A stretch of 64,000 bases of DNA from Plasmodiophora brassicae (taxonomy: Eukaryota), in contig CP145417.1 of assembly GCA_036867785.1 (NCBI GenBank), forward strand, positions 620,001-684,000, written 5' to 3'. A program made the translations under genes and the position numbers. Below are positions 21,976 to 32,112 of the stretch, in pieces (within the stretch, counting starts at the first letter, position 1; each line of letters opens with the position of its first letter). The notes under the pieces are model-generated. The model was not told the DNA's origin. It saw nothing but the letters and a program-made list of their open reading frames with translations, and did not search any database.

Positions 21976-23427
21976 ATGGCGCGTGTGATTGCCGTGCTGG
22001 GCTGTACCGGCGTCGGCAAGACGCGGCTGTCGATCGAGCTAGCGCTGGCGCTGGGCAACTGCGAGATCGTCAACGCAGACTCCATGCAAGTGTATCGCGG
22101 GTTCAACGTCGGATCTGCAAAGGTTCGCGAGGAAGAGATGCAGGGCGTACCGCATCACGTACTCTCCATCGCCGACGTCGAGCATCCCATTAATGTCCTG
22201 GATTTCGTTCGTGCTGCTCGACAGGCTGTATGTACAATGTCGGTGCATCTGCCGCCTTTGTGTTCGCTCAGCGTAATCCATTAGATTGATGATGTTCATG
22301 CCCGGGGGAACACGCCCATTCTTGTAGGCGGTACTGTGTACTACGTTGCAGCGTTGCTGTTCAACACGTTCCTGGCTTCGAACGCTGATGGCGATCACGA
22401 TGGCGCAAGCAGCACCCCCTGTCAGACGGGCATCGCCGGTGACTCGTACGCGACCCTGCAAGCCCTTGATCCGGACATGGCTGAACGATTGCATCCTAAC
22501 GACATTCGAAGAATTCGTCGAAGGTCTGCCATTCGATCGTGGAGCTCGGATAGAAACTGACTAACCATATTGTGCCCAGCTTGGAAGTTGTGGCGCAGAA
22601 ACAGCAGAAACACAGCGAACTGTTAGCCCAGAGCGGTGGGCGACACGGTATTGGGCCTCCTCGTTACCGGACGTTGGCGATCTGGCTTGATGCCGCGCCA
22701 GATGTTATCGAAGACCGAATCCAGAAGCGGACGGAGAGTATGTTTCAAGATGGAATATTCGACGAGAACGTGCAACTGTACGAACAGCTTAAGCTGGCGT
22801 ACGGCAATGATCTGGACAAGGTTTACGGCACCGGTATCGGCCAAGCAATTGGGTTCCGCGAATTTCGGCACTGTTTCGAGGCCTCCGGTGAGTTGCTCGC
22901 TGGGGCTCTGCGACAGAGTGTCGTCGACCTAAACAGGAATACGTTCCGGTTTGCGAAACGGCAGCAGAGGAATATCGCTAGCTGGTTCGGTGGACGTGAC
23001 AACCTTCCCGTGTTTCGAATCGATACATCTGGTACGGTTGGCTCACACAGAGTCGTTGACTGTGCATTCATTGGCCGGGTCTGTACCAGATGCCACTTCA
23101 TGGAGCAACGCTGTTCTTCAACCTGCAGTGGACATTTGCAAGTGTAATCCTTTGCGTGTTAACCCCTGCTATGCGTTTTCTGACTACAAGGTGACAGCGT
23201 TTGTGGACCCTGGCGTCCCCGATCCAAATCCCGATGCGTACTTGCATTTGCATGAAGTGCTTGCGGGCCCAAAGGCGCCCGAACGTCGCAGTGATCAAGG
23301 GTGGCGCAAGTTCGCATGCGAAGATTGTGGGCGCATCCTCAATGGTGCGCTCGAATGGCGAGTACACCTTCAGTCCCGGTCGCATCGTCGACACGCCAAG
23401 AGGAAACACGTCCGACAATGTACATAG
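21976..23427 (+). CDS. TRIT1: tRNA dimethylallyltransferase (tRNA-IPT, MOD5/TRIT1/MiaA family) with C-terminal zinc finger
   Basis: P-loop GCTGVGKT, NADSMQVY, GVPHH, VGGTVYY, LHPNDIRRIRR, QAIGFREF, FAKRQ and CEDC..EWRVHLQSRSH. Confidence 0.93.
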
Positions 23428-23600
23428 GAGCATCAGCAACTCCCGTATGTATCGCTAGACGATTGCCGAAAGGGCCACAAACGCAATTTCCGTAATGTTC
23501 CGAATCCGACCGCCGCCGATCCAGCCTTTCGTTCGCGTTGTCCTGGCTGGGAACGGCTTCCGTCTCCGGTTCCGAAACCCGGCGGCATGCTGTCAGATCG

Positions 23601-26353
23601 ATGTCTGCGACGTTGTCTCTGGTGCTGCCGGTTATTCTGGTCGCCTTCTCTGCCGTTGGACCACGAGGTCAGCTCTCGCTGCCGCTTGGGCTAACCAATG
23701 CACTGACCGTTTCTATTCGATGCAGTCGCCAATGGGGCTCACGGTTCCCTTCCAGCCGCAACGCTGGTTGCTGTCGCCCCTTCCAAGCCTTCGCCCGTGA
23801 TTTTCGTGCAGCAGCCAGGAAAGCCTGCTCCTTCGCCGCAACCCCTGCCGCCAAGCGGACCGGTTGTCGTTATGGTTCCACCACCGAACACGAGGGATGC
23901 GAAACCGAGCCCTGTCATTTTCGCTTCTGTCCCGGCGTCGGCTGTCGTCCAAGCTCAGGCCGTTCCGACCCCTCCGCCAACTGTGGTGTCTAGCGTCCCA
24001 ACGGGTCCTCAGCCTGGTCGTACTGCGCTGGTCGGCGTTGGCGTTCCTATCGCCCTCGGCGAACCGACGATCTTGTACAATCCCGGTGATGGGGGTGCTG
24101 CTGGCCTACAAGCCACTGCGCCCGGGATGGGGGCAGGTGGACCCAGTTACGGCGGCCCTCAAGGTGGTGGTGCCGGGTATGCTGGCCCCAGTGGCGCTGG
24201 CAGTCCAAGTTACAGCGGTTCCCAAGGTGCCCCTGGTTATGGCGGTGCCCAAGGTGCTTCTGGTTATGGCGGTCAGGGTGGAGCTGGCTCAGTGGGTGGT
24301 GCTGCGTATGGCGGTACCGGGCTAGAGGGCGGGCCCGGTCTTCAACAAAGCAATCCCGCTGCTGCTGGTTCACCAAGTGGTGCTGGCGGTTATGGTGCTT
24401 CTGGATATCCTGCAAGCTCTGGTGGCTATGTCGCTCCTTCAGGCGGTTACGGTGGTCCTGCAGGAAGTGCTGGCGGCTATGGTGCAAGCACAGGAGGTAC
24501 TGGCGGTTATGGTGGCTCCGCAGGAGGTGCTGGTGGCTATGGCGGTCCAGCTTATGGCGGCAGCTCTGGCGTTCCTAGCAATGCCGCTCCTGGGTACAGT
24601 GGTGCCGCATATGCTCCTGATCAAGGGTCTGTCCCGTATACGGCTCTGATGGGTGGTCGTGGCGCTCCAGTTACGAGTCAACAGACGACAGGCCCGGTCC
24701 ATTACCCAGTTGCGGCTGGCAGTACATCTGGTCCTGGTGCGCCTGGCGTAACGATCTCCTACACTAGCGGGTACCCGTCCGCCCGGGCACAAGCCGTCAC
24801 TGGAACGGGCGCTGCTGCCAGCGCTGGTGCTGGATTTGTCGGTGGTACTGGTGGACCGGGCCCTGCCCAAGTCCCCGTTTCTGGTCCTGCCACAGGCACT
24901 GTCCCCGCACCCGTTACCTCCCCCAGGCCAGTTTACTACCAAACCGATCCGAGTGCTGGACCTGACGCGACAACGGGAGCAGCCCAGTACACGACCGGTG
25001 CAGCATTGCCATCGTATGGAGGCGCGGTCACCAATCCAACCGGTTTGTAGTGGACATTTTCTAATGAATGATGGAGTTGCCTTACGCTATATTGCAGGTG
25101 GTACTGGTACAGCGCAAACGGGGCCGGTCGTCGCGGCAGGTGCTCCTGGTGCGAATCCATCCTCTGTCACAGTCACCGCAACGGCCGTCGGATCACCAAC
25201 CGGCGCCACGCCAGTCTCAAGCGCTCCAGCGTATCCAGGTTCAGTTCCGCCTGCGTCCACTGCCCCAACGTACCTTCTAGGACCGGCCAGTGCGCAAGGC
25301 GTTAGTCCTTCGCAAACGCCACTGTCGGTTGCACTCCCGCCGACAAGCGCACAGCAGGTTCCCGTTTCTCCCGCTGCGGTTCCTCCAGCGACAGCTCTCC
25401 CACCTACCGTGGCAATGCCTCCTGCGGCGGCTGTTCCTCCTGAAGCTCCTCCCGCCTACCCTGCCATTCCTGGACCATTGCAACCTGCGCCGGTTCCGTA
25501 CCAGTCGTTCCAAGTCGCGCCTCCGCTGTCGGCGCCTCTCGGTGCAACCGCGCCTTTTATGCAGCCGGTCTTCCCGCCGTTGCCCGTCTCGCGATTCGCG
25601 TTACACTACCAGAGGTTCAGCGACTTCGGCCCGTATGCCCCACTCCTAGACAACTTGGGCGTCCCGATCGGGAACCCGGTCGCGTCGTTCCTGGCACCAC
25701 CCATCCCACCACCGCTACCGCCCGTCGCTGCTCCCGTTTCTCCTTACTTTTCAGCCGCAGTGGCCCCCTTTGCACCTGTTCCACCGCCTATGGTGCCTGT
25801 GGCACCTGTTGCGGCGCCCGTGCCAGCTTTTGCGGCGCCTGTGGCAGCTGTTGCACCGCCGCCTGTGGAACCTGTTGCAGCGCCGCCTGTGGCACCTGCC
25901 GCAGCGGCTCCCATGGCTGCCGCTCCAGTGGCGAACGCCGCGGTTCCCGCAGCTCCTGTAGCGCCTACGGGGGCTGCCGTCGCAGCTCCGACTGCGACTG
26001 CCACAGCGTCATCCGCTGCAGGTCCTGTTGCGGGTCCGGACAGTGCCCAGGTTCCAGGTTCCACGGGATACGCGGCGCTGCCGGCCCCGGCGGCTCCTGC
26101 CCAAGTAACCAGCACGGCTGCTGCTCCCGCTGGTAACGCTGGGTACCCGGTTGCACAAGCGCAGGCGCAAGTAGCTGCGCCCTCCAGTGCCTTCCCGTCA
26201 GCCGCGCAGGGACCGCCGGCGCAGTACCCAGCGGCAACGACAAATGCCTATCAGGCAGGCGCGCCCTACCCGGCGGCGTACAACAACGTGGCCGCAGCAC
26301 CGGCCGTCACGTCGTATCAGCCAGCAGTGGCGTCGGTCCCGGATTACTTCTAA
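23601..26353 (+). CDS. Secreted Gly/Tyr-rich then Pro/Ala-rich low-complexity structural protein; 3 exons
   Basis: Signal peptide MSATLSLVLPVILVAFSAVG. Introns at about 23668-23725 and about 25043-25097 join the three frames. GGYG repeats are followed by APVA/PPV repeats. Confidence 0.8.
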
Positions 26354-26354
26354 A

Positions 26355-28295
26355 CTATGGGATAAAGATTACGTACCGTCGACTGGATTGCCAGTTTAGT
26401 AGCTCAGCGATCATTTGCTTCGTCACGGAAGGTCGGCATTCCCGGAGAGCAGCGACGAAGTCGTCCACGCCAATCGCCGGCGCGTCGAGATCGTTCTCGA
26501 GCGCATGCAGGCCCGCTTTCTGCACCAAGGCGCACAGGTCCGCACCCGTGAACCCGTCGGTACGTTCCGCCACCCAGTCGGACGTGACATCGCGCGCCAA
26601 CGTGAACCGCTGACGTAGGCGATCGACGACGGCCTTGCGACCATCGCGATCGGGTGGTGGGACGAACACGACCTGATCGAATCGACCGGGGCGCATCAGC
26701 GACGGGTCGATCAGATCAGGACGGTTCGTGGCCGCCAGGATCACGACCCCAGGCGGGCTCATGTCGATCTCGTTCAGCAACTGGACGACCAGCGTGTTCG
26801 ACGACGACGATTCTCGCGTGCCAAACATGGCCTGGAACTCGTCGAAGAACAGGACGCAAGGCGCCGCTTGCGCTGCTTGACGAAAGGTTGCTGACAGGTA
26901 CGTTTCGGATGCACCGACTTCGCTCTTGATGAGGTCAGGGATGGTAACCTGCAGTGAACACGTGAGAAGTCGCAGTCGATTAGAAGAGCTCAATCCAGGT
27001 ACCGAAACGAAGTTGGCCGAGGATTCGGTGGCGACCGCCTTGGCGAGTAGGGTCTTACCCGTACCAGACGGGCCGAACAGAATGCATCCTTTGATGGGGA
27101 CTATGCCGAGCCGCTCGAACTGTCTGGCGTTCTCCAACGGGTACTGGACGAGTTCACGCAAGCGCTCGATCGTGTCGGCCAGCCCCCCGATATCCTGCCA
27201 GCGCACATCGGGGACGCTGGCCACCACGTCAGCGAGCGACATGGGCGGTACGGACGACACCGCCGCTGGAAGCCCCATCGTTGCAGAGCGGTCGCAGATC
27301 GCGACCAGGTCCGCTATGGTGTGACCTCGTGTGGCTTCTGACACCCGGTCGAGCGCATTGCCGGACGCGACGCGTTGCAGAATGCTGCGGTTACGATCGC
27401 CAGGTAACGGTAGCGACAGCTCCATGGAAAACAGGCGGCGCAGGCGACCAGCGGCTGCGTTTGACACGATACCGACAATGAACACGCCGACGGGAACCGA
27501 TACCAGCAGATGCCGGATGGCGATGAGAAGGGCATCGTGGCGGTCGGCTAGACCCAGGTTCGTGAACGATACGACGACGGGACGAACAGCAATTGCCATC
27601 CGGACGGCGTGCTGTAAAGCGTCCGCTGGCGAGCGCAATCGGTCCGATAGGACGTCGACCATGTCGATGACAGCGTGGAAGCGGTCCTGGACGCTCAATG
27701 CCACCGCCCGGACGTGACTGAGCTTGCCGTTGCCCGCCGGGGACGTCACCAGGAGGTTTCGTGGCGAGTCCGCCCACCAAGGCGCATCGGCGCCTTGCCT
27801 GGAGGTCGACAGCACCCGTTCCAGATCTGTAACGTCCAGAACCGTTGGATACAGCCCGACGGTGCCATGTCGCAGGTCAGTGCACGCCGACGAACCCGAC
27901 CGGCACTGTACTGGACGCCCACCGGGGAACACGTTGGACAGCGAAGAACAATCCTCGCGGGCGGTAACGCACCCATCACCGATGGCTGGGACGTGGTCGT
28001 CGACGTCGTCGGACGTCTCCAGGAAGGTGTGCGCCTGCGGGCAGATCACGACACGCGTGCTGGGATGGATGGATCCCCAATGGCCGGCGGGTTCGGCGCT
28101 GTCAACGTGGACGGCGACGGCGCAGTGCAGGCGGCAGCGCTGGCGCGCGTCCGGTGCGTCGAACCACAGCTGCGCGTGCCGGTGCAGCTTCGCACCCGCA
28201 CCCAGCAGGCGATGCTTAACGTACGACGCGGACGGCAGGACGTCCGGGCGGTCGCCCGCTAGCACGATCATGCGCCAGGGGCACACCGGCGCCAT
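26355..28295 (-). CDS. CDC48/AFG2-family double AAA+ ATPase with degenerate D1 and intact D2
   Basis: D2: DVRWQDIGGL, GPSGTGKT, LFFDE, AATNRPDLIDPSLMRPGRFD, GFTGADL. D1 Walker A is degenerate (SPAGNGKL). One in-frame intron at about 26949-27002. Confidence 0.85.
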   Translation of the reverse strand: MAPVCPWRMIVLAGDRPDVLPSASYVKHRLLGAGAKLHRHAQLWFDAPDARQRCRLHCAVAVHVDSAEPAGHWGSIHPSTRVVICPQAHTFLETSDDVDDHVPAIGDGCVTAREDCSSLSNVFPGGRPVQCRSGSSACTDLRHGTVGLYPTVLDVTDLERVLSTSRQGADAPWWADSPRNLLVTSPAGNGKLSHVRAVALSVQDRFHAVIDMVDVLSDRLRSPADALQHAVRMAIAVRPVVVSFTNLGLADRHDALLIAIRHLLVSVPVGVFIVGIVSNAAAGRLRRLFSMELSLPLPGDRNRSILQRVASGNALDRVSEATRGHTIADLVAICDRSATMGLPAAVSSVPPMSLADVVASVPDVRWQDIGGLADTIERLRELVQYPLENARQFERLGIVPIKGCILFGPSGTGKTLLAKAVATESSANFVSVPGLSSSNRLRLLTCSLQVTIPDLIKSEVGASETYLSATFRQAAQAAPCVLFFDEFQAMFGTRESSSSNTLVVQLLNEIDMSPPGVVILAATNRPDLIDPSLMRPGRFDQVVFVPPPDRDGRKAVVDRLRQRFTLARDVTSDWVAERTDGFTGADLCALVQKAGLHALENDLDAPAIGVDDFVAALRECRPSVTKQMIAELLNWQSSRRYVIFIP

Positions 28296-28352
28296 TAACG
28301 ACGAGTCGCAGTCCGCCCGCCCGGTCAGGAATAGCCAACAATCGGTCGTTGT

Positions 28353-29276
28353 TTAGGGCTCTGCTGCTATCGCGACGACGACGACGGCGGGCGACGGCGT
28401 GGACATTTCCCGGACGGCCAGGAAGAGGTAGACGGCGCAAACGATGCCGATGACGAGTGGGATGACGAGAAGGAGCGCGAAGTAGGCGGAGACGGCGAGG
28501 AGGATGGACGACAGGCCGATGGTGAGCGAGAAATTGTACAGGCCGTGCACGGCCATCTGCCGCCAGATGCCGGCCCAGCGCACCTTGAACGGGCTGCGAT
28601 CATCGGCGACCTGCCGGGCGATGGCCTTGGCGGATGCGATGCCGAGCGAGACGTGGATCGGGAACAGGGCGACGCGAATCCCGATGGTGACGGCGGCGGA
28701 CGCGAGGTCGCCGGACGCGTACGCCGTCAGCGTGTACAGCAGGTCCTCGACGGTCAGGAACCCCAGGGCCCCGAACATGCCGAACAGCATGATCTGCGAT
28801 CGGGTCGGTGCCGCGTCCGGCTCGCGGCGCCTCCACGACCGGATCGCGAAGCTCGTCAGCCACCATTTGTACAGTTCCTCGAAGACGCCGGGCGCGACCG
28901 CCATGATCAGGAACTGACCGATCAGGTACGACGCGATCGCGCCCGACTTCTGCAGGTCCGGCTGCAGTCCGGGAACGAGGACGGTGCTCACGATCAGCTC
29001 GGGGATGGCGGGAACAAACACGAAGATGAACCCCCTCCAGTACAGCATCTGCAGGATCGGGGAGCTGACGCGGCGGATATCGGGCGACGGGCACCGACTT
29101 GCCCAGGCGAACAGCAGCGCTGTCGGGACGAATGCGATCAGGCAGAGAGCGGCAACGGGGACGACCTGGCGGGAGGCGACGGCGATCGCTAGCAGGGCGA
29201 CGACCAGCAGGGCCCATAGCGTCGCGATGCAGAATTGCTCGCCGGGCGACGTCTGCGCGCGCCGCTCGGACAGCAT
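28353..29276 (-). CDS. PrsW-family intramembrane glutamic/metallo-protease
   Basis: Multi-TM ORF with APGVFEELYK, GALGFLTVEDLLY, LFPIH and AVHGLYN, matching the EExxK, FxxxE, H and HxxxN motifs. Confidence 0.85.
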   Translation of the reverse strand: MLSERRAQTSPGEQFCIATLWALLVVALLAIAVASRQVVPVAALCLIAFVPTALLFAWASRCPSPDIRRVSSPILQMLYWRGFIFVFVPAIPELIVSTVLVPGLQPDLQKSGAIASYLIGQFLIMAVAPGVFEELYKWWLTSFAIRSWRRREPDAAPTRSQIMLFGMFGALGFLTVEDLLYTLTAYASGDLASAAVTIGIRVALFPIHVSLGIASAKAIARQVADDRSPFKVRWAGIWRQMAVHGLYNFSLTIGLSSILLAVSAYFALLLVIPLVIGIVCAVYLFLAVREMSTPSPAVVVVAIAAEP

Positions 29277-29406
29277 CGTTTCACGTGTGCATCGTCACAG
29301 CGGGGTGCAACTATTCATCGGCCGTTGCCCTACGGTGTCTTCGCGACGAACGTTCGCTGCTGCCTGCTGTGCATCACGCAACCGAGTCGGTTTAGCACAG
29401 ATCGTT

Positions 29407-29700
29407 TCATAGGGCGTCGCCTTCGCACACGGGCTCCCCGCCGGGGCACTGTCGAGATGCTTTGCGACGCGACGACGGGCCAGGGTCGCTGACGCTGAAG
29501 ATATCGGCGTCGCGGGCACTGGCCGCGTCTTGCGGTACGGTGACGACGTTCTGCAGGCCCAGCTTCGATCCGATCGTCACCTGGTCGTGCACGTTGATGC
29601 CGACGCCGACCGTCGTGTGGCCTTGCTTGGGCTCGCGCGCCGCCACGACGAGGACGACCAGCATCAGCAGACCCGCTGCATACACTAGCCGCGTCCTCAT
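29407..29700 (-). CDS. Small secreted protein, 97 aa, unknown function
   Basis: MRTRLVYAAGLLMLVVLVVAA signal peptide and a C-terminal Cys pair (CPGGEPVC). Confidence 0.6.
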   Translation of the reverse strand: MRTRLVYAAGLLMLVVLVVAAREPKQGHTTVGVGINVHDQVTIGSKLGLQNVVTVPQDAASARDADIFSVSDPGPSSRRKASRQCPGGEPVCEGDAL

Positions 29701-29786
29701 TGCTGTGTGTGCGGCCCTTCTTCGGAACCGGCCGCCGACCCAGTTGTGGTCCAGAGCGACGCGCAGCGTTGGCTCGTTGTATTGAT

Positions 29787-30549
29787 TTAGAACGGGGGCA
29801 GCGGGACGATGCCGGCCGTGGAATCTTCAGCAAACACGCCTCCGTACACGAGCGACTCGTGGATGTCGCGCTCCTGGAACTCGTCGAACACGACGCTGTT
29901 CATCGGGCCGACCGGCAACTTCACGATCCCGACGTGAAACTCGGTACAGGGATGTCCAACCGCGTTTGCCGTGGTCGGGACGACCAGTTCCAGCGGCAAG
30001 TTGCCCTGGGAGCAGTAGGCCATCGGCGTGGCGCGTTCCCAGTCGATGGTGACGGCAAAGTTGTGGAACACGCCTGGCGTGAGCGGCGTCTCGAGCAGCA
30101 CCTTAGCCTTGTCGAACCCGTTCGTCGTGCTGCTCATCAGTCGGAGCCGATTGGCGGTATCGACGTCGACGGAGGCAGCGCTGGACGCGTTCCTGTACGC
30201 GGCCCCGTATTTGATCTCGAACACGTGCGTGCCGCCTTGCGCCTCGACGAACACCAGCTGGTACTCGTGGGACAGGTTCAGCTGCCGCCCGTGGCTCTGC
30301 ATCATCGAGAAGTGGAACGTTGTCACGCCCGACGCCAGGCGATCTGGCGATTCCGGCAGCGGAAACCCGTCTGGATCGTTGCCGGATTCGGCGCGAACGC
30401 GGGCTTGTCGGTCAGCGTTAGCTCAATCGCCTGGTGACGGTACCCGTCGAACAGCGACGACGGCATGTATTCGGTGGTGATAGTGTCGGCCGTCTGGTCC
30501 TGCCCATGAAAAGGAGCGGCAGCAGGACGAACGAAACCGTGCTGAGCAT
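29787..30549 (-). pseudogene. Glycoside hydrolase family 131 (beta-glucanase), frameshifted
   Basis: GH131-like motifs lie in three frames: leader MLSTVSFVLLPLLF (from 30549); QAIELTLTD..QTGFR (30466 frame); GVTTFHFS, LNLSHEYQLVFVE, FHNFAVTIDW, EFHVGIVKLP, LVYGGVFAED (30326 frame). There is no room for an intron at the second junction. Confidence 0.7.
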
Positions 30550-30749
30550 ATTACGCCGAAATGGGAATGGGTCGAGACGACCGTTCGCGCCAACCGGTGG
30601 ACCGATTGGCAGTGTGCCGTCTCAGTCGTAACAGGAACATGTGCTCGGCCACTGTCAAATATCAGTAACGGTAACTACGAGACAGGCCAGCCATTGTCCA
30701 GGGTCGAACAACTCGTAACGCTCCCTGTCTGTATTGACGCGCCCGCTGT

Positions 30750-31600
30750 TCGGCGGGGATCGCGTTCCCTGTTATTGCCCTGGTTTCCACGTACAAACCG
30801 TCTGTCCAGTCCTGAGGACGTTCTGAATGAGTGAGGCCAAATAGCGAACGCCGACACTAACTGGCCTTGGTTTTGGTGTCCCCGCGGCGGTATTGGGATC
30901 TTGCTTTGGCATCTTGGTTGTCATCGATGGCAACGGTAGGGCCAGTGCGCGCGATCCCTAACTCATCAAGGAATTGCCGAATCCCAATTAGATCGCGTGT
31001 CACTGAGCACAGGGACTTGATCTCGGCATGAGCGGATGAGGGGCTGACTTTGTCAGCGCCCTGGTTCTGCCGTCGGGAGTGCCAGTAAATGGCGCCGCCC
31101 GCCAGGAAGACGACGTTGCCAGTGCGCGACAATCTGGTATCCTGTCGGTGGCCCAGTCAGCGTCCCGGATAGGCGGTGAGCGTAACAACGTCCTGCTTGA
31201 TGAATCTGATGCCGTCTGAATGGTACCCTTCAGGCAACGAAGAACGCGTTGAGCAGCGAGCCAGTGGCCGGGAATGCTGGGTGGAGGAGAACTGGACGAG
31301 CATGTTGACTGTGTAGGAAATGTCGGATATGCAACGATGCGCGAGCCAGGTCAACAATCCGATGAGCTTCAGGTACGGTACGTTGCCATGTATGCTCTGT
31401 CGGCGTCGGGATGGGGGCACTGGAGTGGGTTAGGAGCAGGCCTGGTTGATGAGACTTTGGTGCTGGTTTTGCTTGGGTCATGTTGAATACCACCAGGGGT
31501 TCTTCCATGTACACTCTTGGTCGATGATTGCGCCGACACATCCTTCTCACCTGATGCGCATTATCTCGAAGCGATTCGGACAACGGCTCGACGATTCAGG
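30750..31600 (-). mobile_element. Degenerate Ty1/copia LTR-retrotransposon pol remnant (RT C-terminus and RNase H)
   Basis: VYMEEP, VPYLKLIGLLTWLA..DISYTVNML, DADWA, SRTGNVVFLAGGAIYWHSRRQ, SSAHAE, FLDELG and DNQ, spread over several broken frames. Boundaries approximate; may extend to about 31950. Confidence 0.85.
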
Positions 31601-31961
31601 TGGTTGGCGCCAACTCCTGACCGCAGCGTGCAATTAGTGAACCGCACGACCTCATGGTCCCTTTCGGTCTACAAAGTTCCAAAGAACTTGCTACTCGGTT
31701 ATGAAACGATTGCGGAAAGGCATAACACTTCCGAGAATCCGGTCAGACGACGAACGACTTTCGTGAAACATGTGAAATCCGGAATCCCCGATCTGTACCA
31801 CGATCCGGAGCATCATGAGGGCATCCTTGGCGCGCCTGTCCCACTCGACGTGGCTTCCGGGCAACAGTCACGCACCGATTCGCCTGGGCGAACCAAAGTG
31901 CGTCTGTCTCTGACAGTGTCTGACTCTGGCCGTGACCTACCGACTACCGGTAGCCTCGGTT

Positions 31962-31969
31962 TATAAATA
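31962..31969 (+). promoter_or_regulatory. TATA box of U-box gene copy 1
   Basis: TATAAATA about 150 nt upstream of ATG 32113, in GC-rich context and conserved in the duplicate. Confidence 0.6.
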
Positions 31970-32112
31970 AACCTTCCCACTTCGCGAAGGTCGGAGCGGA
32001 GCGGACTTCCGGGCGAAATCACTGGCTGCTGGGCGCTGTGCGGCTGTGGCTGCCGTCCGCATTTGACACGTCGCCTGTCGTTGGAGCCACCTTTGAAGTC
32101 TGGGGAGCAGCG

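Noticed and set aside
24100-26300. CRISPR array or satellite DNA
   Set aside because: The repetitiveness is codon-level (GGY, APV) within a CDS, with no fixed repeat-spacer structure.
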